The notes: generated from the sequence alone by a model not told the origin. Shown: positions 36,971 to 51,053, counted from the first letter of the stretch. The stretch: 64,000 bases of DNA from Trypanosoma brucei (GCA_000002445.1 CM000207.1:2976001-3040000), one strand, 5' to 3'. Made by a program: numbers and translations.

Positions 36971-39432
36971 CTCTAGACTTTGCTGTGTTTCGCTTTCCTA
37001 AAGTGAATTTTTGTAAGTTAAGAGTATCCATCTTGGTTTTTTGTGTATCGGTTAGGGAGCCAGCTGTTTTTGCTGTAGGTGCGATCTGCCTTTTCATGAG
37101 GATTTCACCGGCGGCTTCTGCGGTTTTGTGGGTCAAAAATGTGTGTCTGCCGGCGATGACGTGGATCGTGGATAGCGCCCTTTTCATATTGCATTTTCCT
37201 TCCTTTTTGCCGGTGGTATTCAGGCGGCTATTGCTGCATTTCCCGGTGTGCGGCAGTAGTCACGGATTTGGATGGCGCCTCTGAATAAGCCGTGATGATT
37301 CTGCACTTTTGTTGTGCTTATTGTGTGGATCGATGATAGCACTTTGAAAACTTGTGTTTTCGATGTCACTTTGGGTTGTGCACTCCGCAACATTTGATCG
37401 AAGCTGCGCAGGTACTCCAGGCTGTTGGTGCTTTGCTGTTTAATGATGGGACTTCGTTGCTGTTGTGGGCTTTCTGACACTCAAGTTCAAACGCGGATGT
37501 GAACCTGTGAATCGGACGGAAAAATGTGGGCTGTTAAACGTTGGTGCTGGCAGTTTCTGCCATGTTTCTTTGTATCTCACTTAGAGTCATTTACACTAAT
37601 CTTTTCCACTTCCGCTGCAGGCGTATCGAATTTTTCATTTATCCCTCAGTCACCAAACCCTTATGTTTCTGCAAATAATCTAAAAAGCCTCTATATTTAA
37701 AATTTCAGCCTTAATGGTGTTTGATGGTTCTATTTACTGCAATATTGGCTCCAGGTGCCGCTTGTGGAATAACAATGTAACATTGCTTATTTTTACAAAA
37801 AAAGGTTCGCTTTTTTCTTTTGTTTGAAATTCTAGGCGTCTTTGTTCCACTCAGTCTTAACACCGGCACATTTGCACCAGGACGTCTTCTTTTAACGGAT
37901 ATACTTGTTAGTAACAAATGTCATTTGCTCAACGTTGACAACCTTTATGTAAATTACTTGTTCCTTAAAATATCCTAATGCGTGTCCAGTATATCAATAC
38001 GAAGGTGCAGGAATATTGCTGTTAATTCCCTCTAATTCATAAATCAACCCTGCATAAACATCCTGTGATAAGTACTTCCTTCTTTCATTCTTCCTGTCCA
38101 CAGTAACCCATTATTAGGTCTCTTTCCAAATGCTTCAGCGATAATATTATATTGTTTCCAACAATATTGGCCATTATTACTAAATACGATAAGAAATTTT
38201 TATAGCACCTCACAATTATCCAATACATTTCTTGGTATCTATAACTTTATATTAGGAACCCCAAACGGATTAAAAAAATAATCGTCACCATTATCTCCGT
38301 TTCTGTATCTATCTATTTTGAGTGAAATATATATATTTTTGAGGCTTGTCGGTTGATCGCACCAATAATTTTTAACTTCCTTTGTAGTCACACCTTCTAA
38401 CTGAACAGTCAATTCATATCCATACTATATGTGTGTCATCCTACGTTTTTCGTATGGACATTATGAACATTGAATAAGAATTGCTGCTGCTAGTTTCCTT
38501 GAGACTACTTACATTTAGTACTTAAGTACTCCTGTTTCATTCATTTGAGATATTTATTTTTCTACTTGTGTGATTCTTGTTGACTTTTTTGAACATAAAG
38601 AGAGCAAAATCTTTAGGGGAACAAGAACCTTGTGTAGAACAGCTAGGCTACTGTGGTTTATATAAGCTAAGGTGGATTCAATTAACCTCTATTAAATCAT
38701 TTTGCCTTTAGTCTGCTGCCTCCGTCATTTGGGATGCACTTTCCACGTCTCTACCTGTCTTCGTTCTAGAAAAACAACAAAATACTTGATTCTATTCAAT
38801 AATCTTGACAATTACCTCGAGTGTAAAGGGATACTAAGTGTCAGTGTGTCTTAGCTACTTTTGAAGCAATGCCACCTTTTTTTGTTCTCAACGTTTATAC
38901 TTCAGTGCGTATTTCCGTTTACTGCCAGTCTTTCAAACTTTGGTGCTGTTTTTGCTAGTTTCTGCACTGTTGGCTGCGATCAGTGGATTATTGCTTGGGT
39001 GCTGGATTTTCTTTCTCCTTACTTCTAGTTACTGGCTCATCTTCAAGAAAATAATACATTTTTAGGTAGTGAAATCTCTGAAATGTAGTGTCATATATCC
39101 AGATATTTCGGTGTATATTTTTGTTTCTACCTTTCCCGTAACTTCCGATACTTTGCACATAACATAGCGCCAGAAGTTAACCTGGTCACTGAACTTTGTC
39201 TCTCCCTTATTTTTCCATTCGTCATCTCGTTGTGTATGATTATGACTAGCCTCAGTTTTTGTTCGCAACTGCTTCTGTTCAATATACCATCTCTCTTTCT
39301 GTATTTCCGTGTTTTCTCTAATAACATTAATCGTGTTATCTCTTTTACTCACTTACGTCCATTTCAACTCTTCTATTGTTTAAAATATTTTATATTCATC
39401 ACTCATTTACTTTTTACCACAATTTTCATTGT

Positions 39433-39545
39433 AATATTGGTATATACACGCGCCCGCAACACTTTCCTATTATTATTATTATGATAATTATAATCATTAT
39501 ATCCCTAAATAATAGCCATAGAATAAACAAAATAAACAAGATAAA
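39433..39545 (-). repeat. 70-bp repeat block (minus)
   Basis: GGTATATACACGCGCCCGCAACACTTTCCTATTATTATTATTATGATAATTATAATCATTATATCCC. Confidence 0.8.
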
Positions 39546-39739
39546 AATATCGCCCGTATCCAAAACCTATCACCCTACTGCTCTACGTCTATAGCCACTA
39601 TCATACTGAATTTTTATATTTTTCAAATTCTCAATTCTACTAATTTGCACATTTTGTAAAGCTTTTGCAAAAGTGTTAACATTTATAAAAATTTCTTACA
39701 ACAGCAAAAATTCCTAAAATTTTAGAATTCTCAAGATCT

Positions 39740-41326
39740 TTAAAATGCTAAAAAACTCAAAAAATTAACAAGCAAAGAAAATTTCTTATTTTCAATGAAA
39801 CTGGAGTCTTTGCATGTGTTGTCAATTCAATCGCATTTTTGTGTTTCTCATGGAGCTGGTTCCGAATTCGCGGCCTTACAGTCTTTTTTCTTGCGGTCAG
39901 AACACCTTTTACCTTTTTACCTTCTCCTTCCCTCACTGCTTCTTTTGCTGCTGCTTCTGCGGCTGCTTGGTTTGGTTTCTTCACTCAATGTGCACTTTTT
40001 GTTTGTTGCGTCGTAAGTGCACCCAGGTTTCTTTCCACATTCAGTTTTGTTGTCTCCAGCTGCATTGCATTCTTTCTCTGCAAGCTCTGCTTGTTTTTTC
40101 TGTGTTTGTGGTTGCAGCTCCTGCTGTGTAGGTGGGGCTGTGGGTATGGCTATTGTCATTTCTTTGGCGAGTACACCGGATGCTGCGGCTGAATATATTT
40201 CAACAGTCGTAGCCTGTAGCGCCAGCATCTGTGCGTCAAGTGATTTAACGGCAGCGGCGGATTCTTCTGCTTGTTTTAGCTGCCGTTCTGCTTCTGTGAG
40301 CGCATTCAGCCAGGGAAGTGTGCTTAGGTCTTGGCCTCCTGTTTTTTTGAAGAAGTCGCTGTAGTCTACACATGAGTTTGTCGCTGCTCCTGCGCAAGCC
40401 GCTCCTGCGTTGCTGCTAGCGCCTAGCCAGACGCTCAGGTCGCTGCTTCCGTCTGTTTTTTGTTTAAGTGCCCCACGCCATTGCGCTATCGCCCCTGCTA
40501 TTGTTGTCCGTGAGGCGGTTGCCGGGGCTCGGGTGCCGCACGATTGGCGTAGCTTACTCCATCCCGAGGTGATGGCGGTTTGGTCGTTGAAGGTGTTGTG
40601 GTCATAGGCGTTGCTGCAGACTTTGTCTCCGCCGCTGCTCGTTGTGCATATGCAAAAAAAATCCCCTGCTACCGACTTGCGTTTGTCTTTGGCTTTGCAA
40701 AGGTTGTTCCAGCTGGATCCGTCGCTGCCCATGCTTTCGCCCAGTTTTGGTTCTGTCAGTTCGCCGCTGCCTCCGAAAAGTGCCTGGCTCAGCTTGTTGT
40801 TTATTTTGTTGATTTTTTCGTCTGATAAGAAAGCTTTTAGTGGCTTCATTGTCCTCTCAAGCTGGGTTGCTTGTGCAGCAACCGCCCGTAATTGCTGCCT
40901 TGCAAGTTTTCGGTCGACCTCATTCGTGATTTTTGGGTATTCTCCTTGCGGTTTCGTGCCTATGTTGAGCGCCTTGATGTTGGCAAAAGCTTTGCGCCAG
41001 CCGTCCCATTTTTCTTGACCGCCAAGGGTTTCTGCTAGCGTCCTGTTTTCTCCGCTGGTCTGGTCGTACGGTTTCGACCCTGCGCCATCGTCGAACAAAG
41101 CCTGCCATTGTGCATCAGCTACGGACATGTTCGCTGCTTGTATCTTGTCATTTAGTCCCTCAGCTTCGGGCGAGCCGGCCGGTGTCGTGAAGGTCGCTGA
41201 TGCTGCTTCGGTCAAGGCGCACATGGCACGGTGTGCCGCCTCACTTTCGTCTGCGACGGCCTTGACTCTGTCTGTTGTTAGCATTATCAGGGCCACTAGT
41301 GCTGCGGCCCCTTGTTGGATCGACAT
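39740..41326 (-). pseudogene. VSG: VSG (B-type). It has an intact N-domain and signal peptide MSIQQGAAALVALIMLTTD, with the ATG at 41326-41324. The C-terminal domain is frameshifted and the GPI tail CKDSSFIENKKFSLLVNFLSFLAF* lies in another frame.
   Basis: 512-aa ORF 39917..41455, with the tail recovered in an alternate frame. An upstream polypyrimidine tract plus AG is a plausible trans-splice acceptor. Confidence 0.8.
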
Positions 41327-43184
41327 TTTTAACTTCTGTCGTCGGAAGAAGAGAACGTTTAGAAGCGGTGGTGTGACACATTTGTCAACTAGTCCATTGC
41401 ATCGCATAACGGAGGTTTGACGCATTATTTCCAAAAAATATATCACCTGTTCCAATAAACCGCTCCTGGGCCCCGACTTGAGTTGTTACAATATCCTATG
41501 AAAACAATATTTTGAGCTTACTTCCGCTTCGATTTGCAGTGCGGCGTTGATCAGTATTGCTGACCGTTTGTTTTTGCTTGAATCGCAACTGGTTCCAGTC
41601 GCCTTGTGTAGCAAAACGGTGTTACATGTGCTGCTTTCAGACGTTTCTTTGGGTTATTACGGTGGTCGCTGAATACGCGAGGAGCTGAATTATTCTTGGC
41701 CTCGTCGGCCTTTTGAAGCGCATACCGCAACGTTAGTAGAGTTTTTAGGGAGTATACAGTCAAATCTTTCCACGGGTTTTATTTTCCTTTTTTCAGCTTC
41801 GCGTACATGTTGCCACTGGGAGTTCTCCTGTGCGGATAGTTCTCTGTTTGTTACATTTGACTGCCATCTAAAGCCAAATGCGGTTGTGAAAATTTCTATC
41901 CGATTCTCTCATATTATAAGCTTCTTTAAATTCTGATCTAATCCTTTATATTATAGTTTCCAAGTGCTATTTCTTTCGCTGTCAGTTCAAGTCTACAAAT
42001 TTTTAACTGCGTTTCAAGTGCCGTGTTTAGTTGGAGAATGTTTAAAAAACACTCAACCTAAGCATAAGAATCTCCACATTTCATTCTAAACTATACCTTG
42101 CTATACTTGTATCAAAAAAATCAAGATATATGATTTATGGTTCTTAATGGCTTCTATCATATGCCAATTTTGTCGTCCTGTTTTCACTTTAAAAAACAAA
42201 GTAATTCTTTTTTCTCTACAGAACAAAATTGATCTTGCGTTTTGTTTGGGATCACCTGATAGTAATTTGTGTCAAAAGCATTTTATAATGGATAAGTTGG
42301 GTCCAGAAAGTACCTTTCTTTTGCCATTTTATTGATTTAAGGTTTGAGTTGCGGCTTACCAACAATGTTTATATGAATTACTCACCCTTCGAAAGGAATG
42401 AATTCCTGCGAAGAATACTCATACAGAATTGGAGAAGTATTAGAATAAACATTCTACTACTTATAATGTCCATAAAACGCAACATATATACACCGTTTTT
42501 AGCAGTTTCTACGTTTTTATTTCCTCCTCTGCCTTTCACGGTAATCCATTGGTAGTTTATCTTTTAAAATATTTCCACATATAATATTATCTTATGGGCA
42601 AAATGTTTTGACCAGTACTATAATTAATGATAAATAGACTTTGATATTACACAACCCTGACTAAATTTCTCAATTATTCTTGTTACCACTCACATCTTTG
42701 TATTAGGGTCCGCTGTGAGACTTAAAACAGTTGCTACCATCATTTCTGCGTTAGAATCTATTCATTTTGTAGTAGAATTTGTGTTATCATTAGCTTCTCT
42801 CACTGATATATTATTTTCCACTGTGCTGCTTATTCGCGTTTTCTTTTTTTCGCTCTACATTTTTCTTTCTTTTTTTTATCATCTGTTATGGCTGTCGATA
42901 AATTAGCAACATCTATTTTCTTTGTGCACTGGACTCTGTTTCTCCATGATTGTGCCTGCACCACCGCCTCGTATAGCTTTATATCTATCGTTATGCTTAT
43001 GCTTCAAATTCTGCATATTGCCTTTTCTCCATCTCTCTTTTTTTACCGTTTCCTGTAATAATATTTATCTTGTTCGTTCACATTACATCATTTGCTCGAA
43101 AATCACCATCGCCGTCCTTTGAACTGCTTCTATTTCTAGCGTGCATTTAGTATTCCCCACTTTTGTGAAAGTATTATAACATTA

Positions 43185-43570
<386 letters not shown>

Positions 43571-43728
43571 AAAATAAATAAAAGAAACCAAATACAAAAA
43601 CGTGAGGATAGCTCTCATTCTTCATGTCTTTTCAACCTAAAATTCATTTCTACATGCCCCTAGCATAGAAGTTACTAAAATTTAGTACTTTAACAAAAAA
43701 TTAACTGATACACAAAGGTTTTACAAAA

Positions 43729-43744
43729 GTTTTAAAATATATCA
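43729..43744 (-). promoter_or_regulatory. 16-mer variant (reverse complement TGATATATTTTAAAAC)
   Basis: One mismatch to the consensus, in the 3'UTR of the following VSG-like gene. Confidence 0.6.
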
Positions 43745-43802
43745 AATTTTATCAAATTCTTGAAATAGAAAATACTTGTAATAATTAAAAAATTTAAAAT
43801 AC

Positions 43803-44650
43803 TTATAAACTTACAAAAGAAACAGTAACCAGAGAAAATTTCTTGTTGACAAGGAAACTAGAATTTTTGAACTTTCTTCTATCTCATTTACAAACCTGTT
43901 TGTATTGCTCTTGGGGTTTCCCTACGCAAGTGGAAGCCGAGGTTCTTTGCCTATCTTCCCTATCTTTTGTGTCTGTTTTTCCTTTAGGGTCGGGAATACA
44001 CTTTTCACCATCGGGCTTGTTTTTATAAAATTTGCATCCCGCTTTCTCACAGGCGCTTTGGTCTCTTTGTTCCTTGCAATCTTCCTTGAAAGGCACTTTT
44101 TTGCTTGGCTCTGTGTCAGATGTGCAAGATTGATTGCTTCCTGCTCCTGTAGCTGCTGCCATCAGTTCCCTCTTTATCGCTTGTGCTCTGTAATAGTTTA
44201 ATATTCTCCGAAGCTTATCTATGTCTTCTTCGTTTTCGAGTTCGATTTGGTCGCTTCCTTCTTGCCCGGCTGATTCTTTGCTGACTTTATTTTTTGTTGC
44301 CTTCTCGAACAAGTGGTTTTGGAAGTCATTGCCCTTGTTGTAGGTTTTCTCTATTTTTTGTTTGACTCTTTGCGTTTCCGGTTCTGTAACTTTGCCGGTT
44401 TTGTTCATTAGCAGCTCTGCGAATAATTGTGTTGTTGTCCCTTTGTCCGTTATGCCCGCCAATGAAAGTTCCATGATATCGCAGATTGCTTTGCCTAACG
44501 GTGTGTATTCCTTGTTTTTTTCGTATGCTGTTTGAAAATGAGGCGCTTCGTTTGTTTTCCTGTTTATGCCTATGTTTGTTAGGTCTGTTAGTGTGTACAT
44601 CTGGCTTTTAGACCCTAGGTAGATGTATCGTGCAAGTACTGTTGCCCTAT
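43803..44650 (-). pseudogene. VSG: Internally deleted mini-VSG. The 238-aa ORF 43884..44600 joins a VSG N-terminal motif (KAICDIMELSLAG) to a C-terminal domain. The GPI tail SFLVNKKFSLVTVSFVSL* follows in the next frame.
   Basis: The N-terminal VSG signature is followed after about 120 aa by a Cys-rich C-terminal domain, so most of the N-domain is missing. Confidence 0.55.
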
Positions 44651-45096
44651 TCGCCGCTTAGGCAGTGTTAAGCGCGCTGTAGGCGCTTAGTGTGCCCAGT
44701 ATATCGCATTTCGCGCTTCATGCCACCCTTTGGTTGGTTGTGCTCACAGTTGTTGGCAGTTTGACGAACCCTCTAGCTGTTAGGTACTGAAGGCCAGCCA
44801 CATGGGCTGTGGCTGTCATTGAACGACTACCATTTGGACATCCTGGTAAATTGGCTTTGTGCTCAATGACCTTCGAGGTTTTGGCGGACAGGCAGCCAGC
44901 AGAATTGCCGCTGCTGCTGTTTTAATGAAGGCCTGCTAAAAATTCTAGGCTTTCATTATTCTACCAGACAGGTATGCACTGGCATCAATCGCTTCGAGTG
45001 CAGGCTTGATCGTCGTCATGAGGGAAGATAAGTTGCCCTTGAACTTGTTTACGTACGCAGCCGTTATCGGAAGCATCAGCTTCGACTTTTTTGCAC

Positions 45097-47573
45097 TCCG
45101 TTGGGCGGATGCTTGCGGCGCAGTGCTGAGGAAATATACCACAGCAAACATGCAGTCAGAGCCCTACATTCCCGCATCATGCGGTCCTACCCCCACCTCC
45201 GCATTGAGCCACGCGAGCACCCACTAGAGACAGCGACGCTCCGCCACAGCTGCCGACCGATATTTCACACGCAGATAAAGCCTGTGTGCGCTGATGACCC
45301 TGACGATGTCAAAAGGGAGGCTTCCGAAAAGTGGATTGCACGGCATTTTGCACGGAGGGGGAAGGAGCCACCGCGGCGAGAGCACTACGAATTGTGGACT
45401 GATGGATCCGTGTCCCTCGGTGAGAAGTCCGGAGCAGCTGCCCTGCTCTATAGAAACAACACGCTGATTTGCGCACCCAAAACGGGAGCAGGGGAACTCT
45501 CATGCAGTTACAGAGCGGAATGCGTAGCATTAGAGATAGGACTGCAACGGCTGCTGGAATGGCTTCCGGCATACAGAAGCACACCGAGCAGGTTGTTCAT
45601 CTTCTCTGACTCGCTGTCAATGTTAACAGCACTGCAGACAGGCCCCCTAGCCGTAACGGACCCAATTCTGAGACGACTATGGAGGCTTCTGCTTCAAGTT
45701 CAGAGAAGGAAGGTGCGCATCCGGCTGCAATTTGTGTTCGGCCACTGTGATGTGAAACGGAATGAGGTTTGTGACGAAATGGCCAAAAAGACCGCTGATT
45801 TACTACAGTTGCGAGACACATGGATCCCCGACATCATTGCTTATGCGAAGCGAGTGCTTAGGTCGGAAGAAGTCCATGATAACACTCATAGGTTTGGTAT
45901 CACGGGCAACCACTTTCCAACAAAACATAAAGAAGAACTGACGAGGGAAGAAGAAACGGCACTGGCACGCTTTCGGGTTGGGTTTTCAAGGCACTATGGA
46001 TGGATGTTGCGAAAGATTAACCCGAGTGTGCCTCCACAGTGCCGATGGTGTAACCCGCAACATGCAGCGATAGGACCAACAATACAAACGGTCCCAACTG
46101 TTGTGACACGCATTCTTCAGAGAACCTCCGAACCGACCAAGTGTACGGAATGTGATGCCACATACCAATGCCGCTCGAGTGCTGTAACGCACATGGTAAA
46201 CAAACACGGCTTTGTGCGAGCTGATGCCCTCCGGAGGATCAAATACGGTGATGCAACACCTGGAGTGGACATCCCCCCGGAGTCCCCTCCAGTGGTGGCG
46301 ATCGTTCCTCTACCATCAAGCACACGAGTCCCGATGAGACCGCAGGTGCTTCATTGTACCCTCTGTGCCTCCAAATTCGCAGTGCCAGGCCGACTATTAC
46401 ACCACCTTAGAACAGTACATGGCATAGGCAGCGGTAGTTGCCGCGTGAAAAGGGGGCGAGAGAACGAGGACTCAGTGCAAGGAAATGGTAGCGCCCCAGC
46501 AGCGCCAGCCTCTCAGGATACACGGAAGCTGCCATTTCAATGTGACCTGTGCGAGGCGAGCTTCGGTACACGCTCTTCCCTGTCACTATACAAGAAATTC
46601 AAATATAAAAGCATAGTGAAGGAGGACGGTACTGTGGTGGTGGTGCAATTCCCCCGTAAGCGTGCCCATGAGGGAAACGTTGACGTCCCGGGGAAGGGGA
46701 GGTGCAGTGTGGTGTGTGCCAAAAAGTGCTCAGTTGCGGGGACTCCCTCATCCGACACTGTAAGGCTTTCCACAAAGGTGAGGGAGTCGAGCTTAAATGC
46801 AGCAAAAGCACAAAACTGTGTGCCACTGATTCCCCGCATACAAACGCATCCATGTTGGTGTGCCCGACATGCGGAAGGCAGTGTGCTAGCAAAACTGGCC
46901 TCATCCTACATCAAAAGAAGATGCACAGTATGAAGGTAGAGCGCGCTGTTACCAGCGAAAGCGGCGACTGCAAAGAAACGTCGCTGCACTTGATGAGCTG
47001 TCCCGGTTTGAAGGAATTACGTGTCAGGTTTGCGGTAGAAGGTGTGTGTGTGCAGGATGTATGCTTCTCCAAAAGGCTGGCGCAATTTCTCATTGCGGTT
47101 GAACGGAGCCGGCCGCAGGTGAAGTCCTCACCTAATGTAACAGTCATACAACCCACTCTCCATTCTGCAACTTTCCCCCTTATTGCCGAGTGTGGAGGTA
47201 GCAGGAAAAGCACCGGATGTAGGAATAGTCCAGACACCCTCAGAGACAGAGGGGGTATGCAGTCAACAAGCAACAGAAACAGAAAAGGGGGAAGAGAATA
47301 ATAAACGAATAACAAAAATCAAAACAAAAGGATTGCTAATTGACATCTTTGGGAGAGTCTGGGTTGGGTGGCTTCTCGCCCCATCTGCTGTATTCCGTTC
47401 AACTGCGGAGCTACAACAAAAATTATAGAGAGTGTGTTAGGCTGAATAAAAAAAGGGAGACTCTACCACAGTTGCCAGACCGATAGCATCTCAGGGCTCT
47501 ACGGTGATGGCTGATGGCCGCGCCAGTGGGGGGAAACTCTCACGAAGGCACGAAGAAAATTTAAAAAAAAAAG
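45097..47573 (+). mobile_element. 5'-truncated ingi, 3' about 2.5 kb. A 610-aa ORF 45101..46933 encodes RNase H plus three C2H2-like zinc fingers. The 3' RIME half ends in poly(A) at about 47564-47573.
   Basis: Positions 45101-45420 are about 98.7% identical to 63691-64000 of the ingi at the window end. RNase H motif WTDGSVSLGEKSGAAALLY; fingers CTECDATYQC..H, CTLCASKF..H, CDLCEASF. The terminus matches the RIME 3' half. Confidence 0.85.
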
Positions 47574-48307
47574 TATTGCAGCACAATTAGGTTCGTGTAT
47601 GAAGGTTGTGGTTTTTTCTTTTCTACAAAATTGCCTTGATACACTTTCCCCCTATAAAGCTCTGGTGTGGTTGTTTTGCCAAGGTTTTACATACGAATGA
47701 AAACGGAAATCCTCCAGTGATAATAGCTGATAGTATTCAATTAGTTTACGTATTAAGTTCAAAATAGGCTCTACTCTCTCTTTCCCTGTGTCCCACTTCT
47801 TTATTCCTTGCGACACTAAATATCCCTCATCCATTCAACAATTGCCGCCCCCTGTTCTCAACATTTTACGTTGTGTTGCATCATCAGACTAAAAACTACG
47901 GTCCAACTATTTTCTTCTCTGCATGTCCATCTCTCTACTTGTAAGCAAAATAATTGATATCGATGTTTGCGCCTCCTGTATCATGTGCGTTTGCACCGTG
48001 GTCTAGCTCATCCATTTATTTCCCTCGAAACTATTTCCTTTCTTTTAGCTTTCTTTTACTTTCATTGCAGAGAAAATGTCTATCTCATCAATATATACAC
48101 TGAACCATGCCACTCCCTTTTCTTTATTATCTTTATCCCAATGTGTAAGTCTATGACTGTCGAAGTTTTTGAGTTTGGCACTGCAAATACACGATTTCCT
48201 TTCCTCTCCCCTTCCATTGCTCACTCCCTCTCGTATTCACATTTGCCTATGCAATTGTTTGAAGTGATTCTATTTTTCTTAACTTTTAGGTTTGTACAAC
48301 CACCACC

Positions 48308-48400
48308 CTTATTATAATATTCGTATATACACACTCACAACACACTACTAAAATTGTTATTATTATAAACTAACCAATATCCATAATATAAACAAGATTA
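48308..48400 (-). repeat. 70-bp repeat (short, minus)
   Basis: CTTATTATAATATTCGTATATACACACTCACAACACACTACTAAAATTGTTATTATTATAAAC. Confidence 0.8.
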
Positions 48401-48617
48401 ACCAAATGAGAATAGAAATCAATTTTCATACCCTACAACTATAATACCTTGTACACATATGCTACCGTGATACACATTATACTATAATTCTCAATAGTCT
48501 TGAACCTTTCGTCAAAAATCCTTAAAATATATCGTGTTACAATAGGTGTACCAATTTTTCTCAAAATAGCAAGTTTTATAAATTCATAAATTTGAGGAAA
48601 AACCCTTTAACAATTAA

Positions 48618-50043
48618 TTATAGAATCAAAAATGCAAGCAAAAGAGGGGAAGTTTTAATGAAAAAAGAATTGCTTCCTGTGGTGTTTGTAGTCTTGCCAT
48701 TTGTCTCTGTTGCTGTTGTCACTTTGATTTTGCACTCCCCATCTTTGAATTCGCATCCACCCTTATTGTTGCATTTAGTTTCGTCTTTTTCGCCTTTGCA
48801 ATCCTCTGATTTTTTGGCCAGATCTGTTGCTGGAGTGGCTACTGTATTCTTCTTGTCGGCTTCAAGTTCCTTGGCGTTTCTCATACCTTCATTGTGGCTT
48901 ATTGCTGCGGCTCTATCTTCCACTGACACCATGTTCGCGATTTCTTTCGGCTCTGTTTTTTCATTCAAGCGAATTGCTGCCTTGGCTGTTGTGAGTGGAG
49001 TGACGAACATTTCTTTGAACTTTTCGTTGCTTTCGCCGTATGTTTTATCCACAAATTCTATTAAAGCCTTCGCCTCTATTGCATCTTCAGGCTTTTTGAT
49101 GTTGGAGTACTTTGGGATGCAGTTCCTTAGGTAGTTAAGCACGAGGTTGCTATGCTTAAGTACCTGGCCGGAAATCGCATCTGTGCTTCCCAGGGAAGCT
49201 TTATATGTTTTTAGCGCCTGGCAAAGTGTGTGCTTTATCCGCTTTGTGCTTCCTGGTGGTTCAGTCCCGGCTGGCGCTGTTGCTTCGCTGCAGCTTGCTG
49301 CCGGGTCGTTGCTGCTAAAAAGTTGGGCGTCTGTTGCTGTCGGTTTAGGTTTCGTTGTGGCTTGTTGTGCGGTAAGCTGCTCATTGTTGTCTAGTACGCA
49401 GCTGTTAGCTGCGGCTGCGAATGTTTTTGCGTAGTTGCCGTCCGACGTGCAGCTTGCAGTGTTTGAAATCTTCAGCCAGTCGTCGAATAAACTGGACTGA
49501 AGAGCTGTGTCTTCTGTTAGTTTTATTGTGGCCACGGCGTCCAGTTGTGCAGATCGGCGTGCCGCCTGACTGTCGTTTGAGGTTTATCCGAAGCACCGTG
49601 GCGCTTTCCGCGCCGTGGCCTGTGCCCGGATCGGCAAGGATCGTGTGTGAGAGCGCCTGTGCTGCTTCGAGCTTGCCTATGTGGACCGCCAGCTGCTCTT
49701 CTGCGGCTAAAGCATTTTCATCGGCTGTCTGAGCTTCCTGCTTATTTTGGGATAGAATGTGCTGCACGTATGCTTCCAGAGCGCCGTACTGGCATCGTTT
49801 TTCGGCTTGTGGTGATGCCTGTGCTGCTAGTTTGAAGTTTGTGGCTGCTGATTCCAGTTCCCGCCTTTCCCGCGCCCTCCTAGACCGGCTCTGTTGTAGT
49901 TGATTTTTGACATCGGCTAGGTAATACTGTTCCTTGCAGAGGTCTGTTACCTTCGCTATCAGTGGGTCCGGTGTCGTTATGGGCGCCGCCTGCACAAGTC
50001 CCTGTGTTAGTATCAAAGCTATCGTTGCAGCCTGCTTGAGCAT
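48618..50043 (-). pseudogene. VSG: VSG with one frameshift near 49500. The N-terminal ORF 49405..50115 carries signal peptide MLKQAATIALILTQGLVQA. ORF 48618..49535 holds the rest of the N-domain and a complete C-terminal domain ending GSNSFFIKTSPLLLAFLIL*.
   Basis: The two overlapping ORFs are collinear with a VSG. The C-terminal domain is closely related to the VSG at 1..676. Confidence 0.8.
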
Positions 50044-50814
50044 TGGTCCCTTTGGTACCTTCCTGATGCGCTGTGTTCTTTGCTTTGCGATGCACTGGCT
50101 GATTTCTCCTGTCAAGGGGGACGCTGCTATCCTGTATTTCTTATCTAATTTGTAAGACGTGTTTATCTCCTGTATCTAGTTCTTAGTTTCTATTTTTCTT
50201 TTCATTTAAAAAAGATGTTGTTCAATGAGGAATCATTATCTGCTGTTTCAGGTTATCAGGGACGTGTGGGTGATCTTTAATTCTGTGTTTGTGTACGTGT
50301 TACTGATACACTTTACCCCTTTTAGTTATAAAACGTTACTCTATCCTCTGTATTTTATCAGTGAACAAAAAGATCATTCTATGGGGAGACGGCTCCTCAA
50401 CGTCTTTACATTAGAATTTCCATTAGATTTTTAAAATATACTCTTACCATAATCTGTGCAGTTACATCTATTAATTTGTGCCTGAAATGCGGGCATAGTT
50501 TACTGATGTATCATTTTGCGGTCTACGTTGTTGTGCAGGTAGCGTACTCAGCATATTATTTAACGTTTTATAGTCATTTTCCCGTTAACCCTCTTTCTAA
50601 TAATGAAACAATTGAATTTGGAATATGCGATACACTCAGTTCTCTTATCATTTCCCCGTCAATATCTCTCTGTGTATGATGATACCCATCGTTATATTTG
50701 CGTTTGAAACTTCGCATGTTCATCTTACTTTTTCTCACTTACTTCCTCTCACTGGATACTTTTATTGTTTTAAGTGGTTCTCTTCTGTTCTTTAATTCAG
50801 TCGACGCTACAAAT

Positions 50815-50900
50815 CTTATTAATAATATTAGTATATACACACTCACAACACTCTCTTATTATGATAAAAATAATTATAGCAAAAACTAATATTCATATAT
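50815..50900 (-). repeat. 70-bp repeat (minus)
   Basis: TTAATAATATTAGTATATACACACTCACAACACTCTCTTATTATGATAAAAATAATTATAGC. Confidence 0.8.
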
Positions 50901-51053
50901 AATCAAAATAAGAAGATAGACCGAGATGGAAAAATTTTATAATATCATTCAATTTCATGTCTGACCACACTACCACTTTACGCCAATAGGTAACTATAAT
51001 TTAAAATTTTAAATTTTAAAATTTTTACTAATTTTCACATTTCCATCAAGAAA

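Noticed and set aside
39880..39900. GCGGCCTTACAG.GAATTC-like restriction-site cluster (CCGCGAATTCGGAACC) inside a VSG C-terminal domain, considered as a possible vector or cloning scar
   Set aside because: A single EcoRI site in AT-rich coding DNA is expected by chance. The flanking sequence is continuous VSG C-terminal-domain sequence in a shifted frame.
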